NCBI GenBank assembly: GCA_003344405.1
Contig: NOWV01000158.1
Span: 62,001-126,000, forward strand
Length of the DNA stretch: 64,000 bases
Direction: 5' to 3'
Origin: Trichoplax sp. H2
Lineage: Eukaryota
The position numbers were made by a program, and so were the translations under genes. Under the pieces are notes generated by a model that was not told where the DNA came from, made no database searches, and saw nothing but the letters and a program-made list of their open reading frames with translations. Below, in pieces: positions 12,900 to 25,500 of this stretch (position 1 is its first letter; the number at the start of each line of letters is the position of its first letter).

Positions 12900-13785
12900 A
12901 AATTATAAGTAACTGATCTAATGTTAAATTGCAGGATGTATATTTATTGCTTTAGGTATCATTTGGAATTGAATGAAGCTGGTAGCTGATATTGTTTTAG
13001 AAGAAAATTATTCGTCTTTATAAGTAATTTTAGTGCTATTACTGAGATTAAACCGCTAGTATAACCATAAATCAAGTTATAATGAGTCATAAAGTTTAAT
13101 AAATGAAGCTTTGAGATCAAGAAACGTCTAAAAATCATGATAAATAAGCAAGTAAATTAATGCAATATTAACCCGCAGGTTTCATTTTTACTGCATGAGG
13201 TATGATTTTGAAATAATTGAAAAAATATTATCATTTTGGAATGAAAATGATTGGGTTTATAGGCAATCATAGGAATAATGTTGAGATTATGTAGTTATAC
13301 AGAGAATGACTAAAGACGAAATTATTGGAGATCTATATCGAGCAACTTAAAGTATTCTAAATCAACGATTTGAACAGTTAAGATCGGGAAATGAGCTAAA
13401 TATTATCGTCAATTAGTTGATAGGAGTGATAGGTAATTGAATCAACAATAGACCGTAGGTTGCATGTTTATAGCCTAAGGTATCATTTTAAAATGAATCA
13501 AACTGAAAATTAATATCATATTGAAATAAAAATGATAGAGTTTATAAGCAATCATATCGATCTTACTGAGATTAGACATGTAAGATGACTATAAATCAAG
13601 TTGCAGACGAGGTAGGACACGAAATTAGAAGTATTCTACATCAACTATTTCGATAAGAAAGGCGAAGAAATAACTGAATAGCATTACAGAAATGAGCTGT
13701 TAGGATTATAGCCATTTGAACGTCGAATTGAACCGCAGATTGTCTACCTTAATTGCCTAAGGTGTCATTTTGAATGATATTGATT
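12900..13785. repeat. Degenerate tandem repeat, ~245-282 bp unit, ~3.5 copies
   Basis: The anchor (cc)gcagg...ttta..gc(c)taAGGT(A/G)TCATTTT recurs at ~12954, ~13198, ~13478 and ~13760. Internal blocks also recur in register: tttata(a/g)gcaatcat, tactgagatta, ataaatcaagtt, aagtattcta.atcaac.attt. Confidence 0.75.
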
Positions 13786-13855
13786 CATTTAAGTAGCTAC
13801 CCACAATCTGTCGCCAACGTAAAGTAGATTGTTAGCTACTATAGATTAGTGGCAT

Positions 13856-13898
13856 CAACAACAACATACACAATAATAACAACAACAACAACAATAAT
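13856..13898. repeat. Imperfect (CAA/TAA)n microsatellite
   Basis: caacaacaacatacacaataataacaacaacaacaacaataat. Confidence 0.8.
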
Positions 13899-14217
13899 CA
13901 TGGTTTGTGATAATAATATTGGATAAAATAGTGACGAGTAGTTGTCATTGAAATAATTCATTTCATTTCCATGCATTGGATGATTTTGCCTGCCTATAGA
14001 AAGTTATGTTTGTGTCTATCCGCCTCTACTTGCATTTCAATAACTCCATTGGAATTTCAAATTTCAATATGGCTAAGATGGACAGTTATTGTCTACCTTC
14101 TCAAGCCAGCATTTACTACGTGATAAATATAGTAAATCGCAGGCATAGAAGTCAATTGATTGATTCTCTACCTACACTCTATTCTTTCCCATTCAAACTG
14201 ATCAAGACAATATTACA

Positions 14218-14280
14218 GTTACCTGGTGATAGATTACCATAGCAACGTTAGAGCGCGTGGCGTCACTGCGCTGTGATTGG
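14218..14280 (+). promoter_or_regulatory. Putative rootletin promoter: tandem RFX X-boxes + CRE-like site + inverted CCAAT box
   Basis: GTTACCTGGTGAT (14218-14230), ATTACCATAGCAAC (14233-14246; one mismatch to GTTRCCATAGCAAC), TGGCGTCA (14258-14265) and ATTGG (14276-14280). These sit in a small CpG-rich patch upstream of a candidate non-coding exon ending at donor CAG|GTAAAG (14557/14558). Confidence 0.7.
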
Positions 14281-14299
14281 TAGGATGGACAAACAGTTA

Positions 14300-14557
14300 G
14301 GTGTTTAATTTGAACTTATCTATATGTGAGAACAATGTTATCTATTATAATCCTTCTTTGTTTCGGTTAATTTAAATAGAAAGGGGCATTTTTTTTTTAT
14401 ATGGAGAGAGGGGAGCAACTGCGTCTTAATCCCATTCGTCAAGTAGTCTATTTCTACTTCCTCCTCCCCCTTACTTCTACTCATTTGGATAGGCTAATAC
14501 GGTTTAAGGAAGGTCTTACACACCGATCGACGTGATCTTATAACATATTGAAATCAG
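14300..14557 (+). other. Candidate 5'-UTR exon(s) of rootletin
   Basis: Lies downstream of the X-box cluster and ends at a good donor that could splice to the acceptor at 16492. An in-frame TAA upstream implies it is non-coding. The start is approximate. Confidence 0.4.
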
Positions 14558-16502
14558 GTAAAGTTGAAAAAAGAGGAAAAGAAGACATAGGCAGGGGATA
14601 TCTAAAAATAAAAACAATCTTTTACATTGTTGACATCATTGGCTTCATTACCGTTAATCAAGGTTAGAATTAAAAATAATGATGGCATTTTCTTCATCGT
14701 TTGATGAATTTATCGCCCATTTTTTGTTCATGCTCAATTTCAAACTTTTACTTTACTATTTTATGTCGGTTATTTTGCCATCACTTAATTGTCCATCTTC
14801 AATTTCTCACTTGATCCTCCTTCACACTTAAATAAATGAAATAGTGCAATAAACAAGTACGTAATTAATGAAAATGAACTTCTATCTACTGTTCACGGCT
14901 TAATGACTCGTCTCTTTGATATGGGTTATCTCGTTGTGCTTCATGGACATTAATCGAGCTGATTGATTTGATTCTATCAGTAGTCCTACCCACTTGTGAA
15001 AGTCAATGCTAGTTTAGCTCTATGATCTTTATGATTTTACCTAATTTATCGAATCATGATCATCCAACGGCACACGATGAGTATCCTTAATTAGTGGCTA
15101 GGCATAAAAAAGGAAAAAAGGCTGTCACAGAGTAGATAGCGTCCTATCATTATACCAACTTGATTTACAGTAAATATGTCATGGGACTTTTAGCTTATCA
15201 ATTTTTATATATTAGACTGTTGCTAATGCATAATTTTGCCTATAAAATATCAAACAACGTCTAGATTGATCATTCTTGAAAGGAAAATGGAATATATCAC
15301 ACTTTATTGCTCAATTATCTCATTTGATCATGATAGGAAACTATCCAGACAATGATTGACAGTACATTTAGCGCACACGTTTAACTTTTGCCTACGCTTA
15401 ATCTTGATCCAATGCCAAGTTGAAATACTTCATCATCCAAACTCTTCTTACATAAAGGATAGAAATATTAAAAATGTCATCAGGATAATGATAGCTCATC
15501 TATTGGAAAAATGTATCGCACAGATCAGTGATATTTCTACCCGTAACCAGGACGAAATAGGATAGAATGACTAGTGATTGTCAATGGAGTATAAATTACA
15601 TCATGGTTTATACGAATATTTCAGCTAATGTTAGCACCGTACTGGAACGAATTAATGCATCCATAACAGCTTTTCAATGTCTCCATTAAATCTTAATAGG
15701 AAGATTGCATTCAGTGCAGACTTGAAATAAAGCGATTACCTAGCCACAGTCATGTCAGGGATATAAGCTCAATAACGGACTGATAATATAATGTCGATAG
15801 TAGGAAATGAGTATCGCAAAGTATTGAAAGGGACAAAGATCAAGATAGTTTGCTTATAGAATGGTTCTCGTCTAAACAGTCGATAACTTCAATTATTGAG
15901 AACAAGGCAATATTGTAAAAAGTCTAAAAGTAATGGATCATAAAATTCCTCTTTTTCTGGTCAATGAACCACTTCACATGATGAATTAACCGACTTTCAA
16001 TGATTGCTTGGGTTGCTAGAATTAATTACATTAGCTTGTGGCCTTACAGTGGTTGATGTAGATATTTTAGTCTATCATGAACACGATTTTTACGTTCATT
16101 TTGCAAATGAAATGACCGAATAATGGATTTTCCCCATATAGTTTGATCTCTATTTTCAATGGATAGTCTGTAGAAATTCGATTCTACTCGCTGACCTTTT
16201 ATCATCAATAACCTAGAAGAAAACAAGGTCTGCTAAAATCATAGAATTTTATCCCACTAACTCAGTATCATTTCATCTAGTTGATTTAAAACTGTCAGCC
16301 TATAATTTATTGAAGTTGCTGATTTTGAAAGAAATAAAGTAGGCCAGACAATCAGCGATTGATTGCACTTACTAAATACTATCTAGAACAGGATATGGGT
16401 GAAAAATCTAAACTATCCGAATCCTAAGTAGATGCTAAATGATTTTTTGTCAAGACTAACTTTTAATCTTCATTTTGCCTCTATTTTTCTAGACGCCACA
16501 GC

Positions 16503-19500
16503 ATGTCATCGCCTACTGTTCAGAACTTAAACGATGAAAATCGTTTACTTCAAAATGAATTAAATCGCGTTGAAGATATGCTGGCAGTATCACGAGCAGA
16601 ACGTGATGAAATCTATTCCAAGTATTCAGCAGTTAGCGAACGTGTAAGTAGCAAGATGTTGATAGAAATAATATCAATTTGATCATGATTGTAGTCCAAA
16701 AACGACTTTTACCCAACTTAGTCAAATAGTACAACAATTTGACAAAGGGATTGTATTTAATTAAATCATGGAACGATATTTAAAGAAGACTTTCTTTATA
16801 TTTTATTTGAAGATCGATTATGCCACGTGTTTCAAATCATCATCCACTAGAATCTTAAAGTTAATAATGTTATAAATTCTATTTTACGCACTTCTTCCTA
16901 ATTTAAGAGATGACTTTGATCGCCATTTTTAACTTCAATTGTTGATCGTTAGAATGCATATTTAAAGAGTTTCTTGGCTATTCTTTTCCTCGTTTTACGT
17001 TCTATTTTCGCTACTTAATATTTCTAGCTGGCTTTGAGTAAGCTACAGACTAAATATCCTAAGGCTAGTTATAATATTTTATATTTTACCAATAGCACAT
17101 AAGCGTATAATCAAGTGGATTATAGAAGATTTAATCATCGTACTATACGACAAGTTGTTTAGTTTTTACTATCGCCAAACATCTTCCTATGCCAACGTCT
17201 CGGTGTATAGTTAAATCAGAGGTAGAGTAACGCCTTGAAGGCATCAAAAATAGTATATAATCTGATTCTTGCCGCAATCAGACATAGATTTCACCGAATA
17301 TGCTGATATAGTCCTCAATCTTAAATTAATTATTAACAATGAGATAGAGGAAGTTAACCATGACCTATAAATATTCTCAATTCATGTTCATTCGAATTGA
17401 TTTCAATCTTTTCCTCTCCTCTAAACACAATTCAAACTCTGAAATAAGCGAATTATTACCGTTAAAATGAGAATACTTTGTGCTCTGGTGATAGTATTAG
17501 GATAATCAATTTAGCTACAGCAATTGCTATTTCTGTTAACCGTTTGATCTAGATATGATCAACTACTTTGGTGATTGATTGCAACTCTGTTGTGTTTCTT
17601 TGAGATTGTATTCAAATTAATTTCAGTATTTGACGGCCGTAGATTTTTGCTTAATATTACGTACTGTAAAAATTCCGTATATTAGTATACAACGACGATC
17701 CATTTTATAGATGATTTGTGTTTATAAAAAAAATCTTTAGATAGTAGTTATATCAAAGACTTTACCGGTTGATGAATACTATATTTTCTCGTAAAAAGAA
17801 TAGTTCATAAATACGAAAAGATTCTAGATTAGTTTAGACACCTAATCCGAGATGATAGTTTCATTTGGAATTTAAAAATAACGGATAATCATTGTGATTT
17901 CTAAGTAGAAATTGTTTTGTATACTCTACTATATCGTCTTAATTAACTCCAACAGATTTATTGACCATCATGATGATAAACAAATCTTAACCAGATTTGG
18001 GCCTTTGGTAATATCAAAGTATCGTTCATCTCGGGAAAGCATATTTTAGCATACATATATAAGAAAAGGCTGTATTTAAAGGAATTTTCCCCCTATAATT
18101 TGTCTTGGGAGTCTTGTTCTTCATCAGTCTTTTTCTGTCATGGATGCAATATACTTAAATCAATTACTTATACATACAAAGGCTATTCTATTCTTAATGC
18201 CTCCTACTGCTATAATTAACTATTGACGTGTAAAAATTATATTGCACCTGCTCCCCCCTGCAACGCTAGTATATTTTTAATCGGTAAAAGAATCGCTGCC
18301 CACTAGTCTCATGACTTGAATTCAAAGTTGACTCAATTTAGATTGAATAATATGCAACTGCTATGGGAATTAATCGCTCTGTAACGATAATCTTACTGTA
18401 AACATAGCTAATTACTCAAGCTGCCGAAATTAATTATAATTATAACGGTGATGATATGAACAACTTTATTGACTTATCCGACAAATCATTATTATGTAGT
18501 TGGATGCTATAGTGTAAGGTTGATATAGGGTTACTATAGCTTAATGTAATTAGTAAAGTTCTATGCTTTATCCTAATTGATGGAATAAACAGTTATTCAA
18601 GGCTGAACTTATTTTTAATTTAAATAGTATCGAGTAATTTTAGTATATTAATGTTATTTGAATAGCAGCTAGTTTAGAAGGGGTTTCCCTTCCTTTTCGA
18701 GATTGACAAAATCGCTATGCTAAATACGATTATCTTAGTTACGTAAAGCAATTTATAAAAATTTAGAAGCACCCAAGTTTGAACACAAGGATAGTTACTG
18801 TATGAATTTATAGCTTTCAAAATTCAGTACTATTCGGATAATGTCCGCAGATCGTCTTTATTTATCTAAAACAGTCCGCAAGGCGTTTCCTTCTATTTTA
18901 TGATTGATTTTAATAGCGAGTACAATTAACTGAGTTATATAGTTATTTCTGAATTTATAGCGATGAAAAATTCAGCAAAAGTACCGCTGGATAAGCGACT
19001 TTGAAGCGAAATCGAGCTAACTCCACATAACATTAATCGAGTAGTCGGTTTCTATTTGCATGATAGGGATGAAGTTTAGTTTATTATATTGCTATTTTTA
19101 GTCAACCGGAAAGTCGTTTTTCATTAAGCGTATTCTATTTGATTGATTGCTGACAGTAGTTGATAGACAATTTAAACACTCTATTTTCACTGATTCCATA
19201 CCCTGGAATTATTGAATCAACGGATGACCATTTACCAACCATCTAAATTATATCTAAACACCTTAATTAGCTTGCAAAAAGAGATTATGACTATGTCGAA
19301 TTCATTAAACACAGCCATACCTAGAACAATCATCATTGATCATCGACTAGTCCTTCAACTGACCTTTGCACAACATTGCCCTTAATCGATCCATTTGTAT
19401 CGTCAATATGGGCAGTTAAGGATGTAATTGAAAATTCGAATCACTTTATTGTTTATCATCCATTGATATTGTTATCATTTATTTCAATGGATTATTCTTA

Positions 19501-22500
19501 TCGATCAGTCTTGTCTGTATTTTCGACTAGACTATCAATAGAATGTGTCTACTTAAATACAATAGTTATCAAAGCCAGATACTATAAAATTGTAGATAGA
19601 GTCGAGAGTTTAGAAAATTGTTTTTACTATTGTCTACAGCAAGCAAGGTTGCTATTTTTCATCCATTGTCAGTTATCTTTCAAAACATTTGATATCTACT
19701 GTTAAACTATCTCTCCACCGCGACAACTATGGCAAGAAGGGTATCAATGAATAGCTATCTTAGATAACATTGATCTTATCTATATTTTATCTATGCTAGT
19801 CTAAGCAACTAAGAATTGAATATCGATTTTACTGCTATTCTGCAATATTTGCGTCAACATTTTCTTCCATTTTTTCAATTCCTATCATCATAAACGGAAC
19901 ACTGCTTTCTATACAATTCTTTCTACATTATAGCTAGCCCGAGCTGCTTTAATTTTGCTTTTTAATACTACGACATTTACAAGAGAGAACGTCAGCTAAA
20001 TCGTAGATACTTTCAATCCAAAATGATGACTATTATAAAATCGCAGACTTTTCTGTAGAATAGAAATACCGTACTTGTACATATATAAAGCCAGTATTCT
20101 CTCCGGACCGATGATGATTAGAATAGTTGATTTTATGCAGTTTCGATTTGGTGAAATGATATTTGCTTCAATTTAACTATGGTTTAAAGGCATCCTTTAG
20201 ATGAATAAGTACGATAGAACATAAGATTGAAATTCCTTTTGCTATTTTCCTTGATGTAAGGAATAATAAAAAAGAGGCAAATTCTAAATAAGTTTGAATT
20301 TTAATAAGAAGCTATTTCGGTCAAAGCTATTAAAATTCGAAGCCTTTTTAGACAAATAATGACGATAAAAATATAAGATTGATTTCGCATTTACTAATTT
20401 ATTTAGTATATAGAGAGTGATTGTAGAAAGCAATTACGGCTTGACTCTAATATGTTGATATTTCATCTCATGCAATGAATGTTAAAAGCCTCGTTCAGGC
20501 AAATAGGACTGAACATAGGTTTAAGGTCTACTATATGAAATAAGGACAATTTGTTTAATAAGGATCATTTAATGAGTTTTTTAAATCATCAATTATCTAA
20601 ATAAGTGGGAAATTGATTGATTTTATAATTGAAAGCACTTATTTTTGATGGGTAAGATTGACAGTGTTTAACTCTATCTCTATGTTCTCTTTAGTTGGAG
20701 CAACTGCTTCAAGTTTCGTCTGGTGATATTGAACGCGATACAATGACTCCAGATATCGGATTAGTTCATCAAAATGTCTCGTTGAGATCAAAGTTAGAAG
20801 ATGAACATAATACTTATAAACGAAAGATACAAGCGTATCAGGATGGACAGCAACGACAAGCCTTGCTCATTCAGAAATTGCAAAGCAAAGTAAGTTAAAG
20901 GCTGGAGATTGATCGCATATGATTTTTATTATTACTGGTCTCCCATCATTGATTTATGATGAAAGACTATAGGCTATACAACGGCGATCGGCTGTAATTG
21001 ATTTATTATTGTTTACTGAATAAATTATTCATCAATGGAAGTTAAGGCGACAGATTTTTCATCACCTTCTATTGAAAATGTTATAAATGCACAATCATCG
21101 GATGGCCCCTTCCATGTATTGATCATTTTCATTTTTAATTTTTTATAAGGTTTTACAGTATAAGCGTAAGTGTAGCGAGCTAGAAAATCAGCTTGGAGAG
21201 AAAGCAAGATACGCAGATGGTGCTAAAGTTCAAGTAAGTAGAGTTTTCTTAACTTTATTAAATAAAAATAATTCAATTAATTAAATAGGCAAGCGCAATT
21301 ACGATTCAAATCCCACCTAGTTAATTTATTAGGTCAGCTCCATTATTGCATCGACAGTCGCAATAGCTTGGCCTAGGCTTTATATATTAGTCATAAAATA
21401 TTATTTTTAGTCCTATTTTTACTACGTCAATAATTACTTGGCTAATTAATGATTATGACGTTGATTGTTACCTATGACCTTTTCGACGAAAATATTGTAT
21501 AAACTTTACATCATTTGTGTTGATTCACAAGTATTTATTAATTATGATCGCATTCGGGAAATGATTCTAAATTTTGCAGCTGCAAAGTATGGATGATTTA
21601 CAACAACGATTAAAGGAGACCGAAGACAAGTTAAGAGTAGCTCAAGATGAGTACCAAAATGAATTGGAAACTTCATTGATTAAATTAGATGAAGAGCAAC
21701 AACAGTAAGATACAGTTATGATATGTTATTTTTACTTGTCCTGTATCACCATAACAAATATTTCATCGTCAATTAATTATTAGAAATCTGAACTTGAATC
21801 AAGTTAATACCGTTTTACGAGAGCAACTTGGACAACTAAATGGACAGGTTCAACAGTTACAGAGTGAAAACCAAAAATTATTAGCAGAAACTGCTGATTT
21901 GAAAGATGAGCTAGAACAGCGTGATGCAGAAGAATTGGTAAGTTAAAATAATAGCTAGAAGGTTTACATGGATTCTATAAAGCAGAAGAGTCTTTTAATG
22001 ATTCACAATAAACAATTAAGTAGTTGAAATTAAATACCATCCTAACACTTATTATATTCACATTAAATTATAGGAACAGAAAACTATCGCACAAGGTGAA
22101 AATAATCGCCTCATGTCCTTATGGAGAACGGTCATTGCTTTCCGCAGAGAATTTGGCAATTTGAAATCAGCAACTCAAAAGTAGGCAAAATATGCAGAAT
22201 AAATTTGCAGACTTAGATGATCATGCATCTCTTTGCGCCTTTAAATATATTGATTGATGCCATTAGGGATTTATCTCAAGTACGAGCTGATGTTGTTAAA
22301 TCCGCACGAGGTGTGCACACATCCTTACTGGATTTCGAGCGAAATCTGCGAAACGAACACTATAATCTTCAGTCTGCATTGGATAAAGAAAATGCAGAAC
22401 GTCGCAATGTAAATTAATTTTAGTTTAATACCTTGTATCTTGTCTATTTTAAAACGTTATAGAAATTGTGATTGTTAGCATGTACTGTTTTGCAAAGATT

Positions 22501-25500
22501 GAAGTATAACCTGCAAGCATGACCACTTTATTCTCATACTTTATTTTCTGTTTTATTCGTAGGTTGAAGAATTATTAAAAGAAAAAGACGAAGAGATCGC
22601 AGCTCTACAAAGTGCTCATGAAAATGAACGCCAAAGCTACAAGAGCAAGTACGTTCAATTAGCTGCTTTACTATGAATCCATATATTCTGGGTTGTCCTG
22701 AATAGAAATATCTTAGTACTTGAAATTATTTTCAATTATTCATCATTTTCTGCTGAAGCAACCATGTCTTTAACACCTCTTGACTTCAATAGGATGGCAG
22801 AATTGAACGATAACTTTGCGAAACTCAAGATTGAAATAGCTAAAAAGGTAGAGGAATAGTTTTAACACAAGTTCAATCGTAATTAAGTCGATTACGATGG
22901 AAATACTTTAATAATCACCTTATACTTGCAGAATTTAAAGGTATCTAACTTGATTATACTATGCAATTCCTATTTGTAGGAAGAGATGGCTGCTGATCAG
23001 CTATCACCTGAGCAACAAGAGCTCGTGATTCTTCAACAAACTTTACGAGAGATTGCACAAGCTATCATTTCCGATTCAGAATCCATCACTCGAATTACTG
23101 TTAATGCATCAGCTGATGTTGTCGATGCTATTGGCGACACCAGCGTAGAACAGAGTATCCTTTCTCAATCGCCAAGCAAATCGAAATCCCCCAGTAAAGT
23201 TTCACCACGACGTCAAACCAAATATAAGAGTGTGCCATCAACCACAAATGTGCCACAGCTAGCGGAATCGACAATCAATGCTGTGGAAGCAGCCTTGGAT
23301 AAGAGACAGCAGCAAATTCAGGTATTCTAATTATGACTAGGCATGCTAATTTTATTTCAGTAGTCGTTGATTGGACATAACACGATCAAAGTAGTGAATC
23401 TGAGTGAATACGCAAATTTATCTCATAGGACTTGTGTGCTAAAATGAATTTATTGAGAGAAGAGCTCAGGAATACACAAGATAAATTTACCCAGAAAGAA
23501 CAAGATTATACCAATGTCTCGCGAGGTTCTGAAATGCTCCGTGAAGAAATTGAAGAATTGTAAGTTATTCAAGTTTATTGAATTAGTCCTATTAATCAGA
23601 TTGTCATTAACCATGTCATAAAAATGAAATTAGGCGTAAACACTTAGACGCAATCACGGAAGAGAAGGATAAGTTTAAATCTCAAATTGGAATTATCATC
23701 AAGTACGTCTATAACTTCTAATTGAGTTTGCTTAAGCCATCTAGAGAGAGTACATTATAATCGATAAGTAGCTCGATATTACTTTGATCAGTAGAAATAA
23801 ATGCATTCTTGATTGATTGATAATAAGTTACTAAAGCTGTTTTATCGTTGCCGGCCTATTTTGGCCAAGATATGTCTGTATCAGCCCTAGCTTTGGGCTA
23901 CTTGGATATAATAAATATCGATGTACATAGACAGATCCATATTACTTAGATTTGATTGTACATTCTTCTTTTTTTCTTTTAGTGAGAAATCGGGCTTGGA
24001 GAAAGTTCGTAATTCTCTTAATGATTATGTCCAATCGATCCAATTGGAAAACGAGAAATTGCAAGCTGCTAATGCTGAGCTACAACACCTCCGTGATAAC
24101 ATGGAAGATGAGAAAGAAGATCTAATGCGATCGAAAGAAACCGTTCAACAAGAAGTTAAACGTCATAGCAAATATATCGAGCAGCTAGAAAATAAAAATT
24201 CCGAATTGAAGCAACAACTCGTTAGTGCAAGGGAAAATAATTCACGCTTATCATTGGATAAAGATGTACTAGAACAAGAGAAAGCTCATTTAACAGAGAT
24301 GGTATCCCATTTGGAATTGCAAAGAGCAGAACTTGAATTGCAAACAACCAAAGTACGTCAAGAGGAAGCCAACTTAAGAGATGCACTCTTGAAAATGCAA
24401 TCATTGAACGAAAATCTCGGACAAGATAAGATCGATCTCAATAAGGTTATAATGCAATTTGAGCATGAGAAAGCATTACTTATCCAAGATTGCAACGAAT
24501 TACGCATGGAGAAATCAGGATTAAAAGAAGAATTGGTCTACGCAGAGCAAGAAAAAGTGAGTTGATAATGATGGATTTTATTTGAACTATCAACCAATTC
24601 TGCTTGTTACGCTAGTACTCTATAATTTTATCTACTAGTCTTAATTTCAACTTATCCTATCATTTAGCATAGGAATTGTCCTTATTCAAGGTATGATAAT
24701 ACCGATTAACGATTATGATTGGATTTAGGTTAATTTGCAAACGGAGAAAAATCAATTAGATCAAAGTCTTCAATTAGCTGAGCAAGCACGTGAAAAATTA
24801 GAAAGTGATTTAGTTGGCATCACCAGAGAAAGATCAGAACTCAATGAATCGATCAATCATCTTGCTCGTGATAAAGATGGCTTGTCGGAAGAGCTACGAC
24901 AAATTCAAAAAGATTCAGAAAGGCATAACCTTACTGCGGTGAAATTAGCCAAAGAGAAGGAGGAATTAACACGCGATAAAGCCAATGTTAGCGTTCAATT
25001 AGCCAATTCAGAACGTGAAAGCCGCAATCATCAAGAATTGATTGCATCCTTGAAGATAGAGAAAGATTCATTGGAAAGTACTGTCTTCGAATTGCAGCAA
25101 ATGAATACTAAATTGGAAATAAGAAAAGATCAACTTGAAGCTGAAAATCAAGAACTTTTGCTTTCAAAAGAAGCTTTAAATGTCGAAGTAGGAAGATTGG
25201 AGAAAGAGAAAGAAATTGAAGTTAGCAAGTTAGACCATCAATTGCAAATATTGACACAAAAGCACGATCAATTATCTCGTGACAGTGATATGAAAATGAA
25301 ACAGTTGCAACAAAAGCGAGAATCAGAATTGGAACGATTACGGAAGGATCATCAAAATGAAATTACTAAAATTGAAGAAGCCAATAAAGAATATGCTAAA
25401 CGATTATTGGGTGAGAAAGAGGAGATTTTGAATCATCATGCTAAAGAAAAGGACGCAGTAAATGATCAGTTGGTCAATTTGCAACAGAGTAAGGAGGAAT

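Noticed and set aside
15356..15565. ORF ending ISDISTRNQ, faintly like the vertebrate rootletin N-terminal IREIVTRNL motif
   Set aside because: No suitable splice donor links it to the 16493 exon, and the similarity is too weak.
21047..21115. Possible extra 69-nt in-frame rootletin exon
   Set aside because: It would leave a ~34-nt intron, has a poor acceptor, and would interrupt the conserved KLQSK|VLQYK junction.
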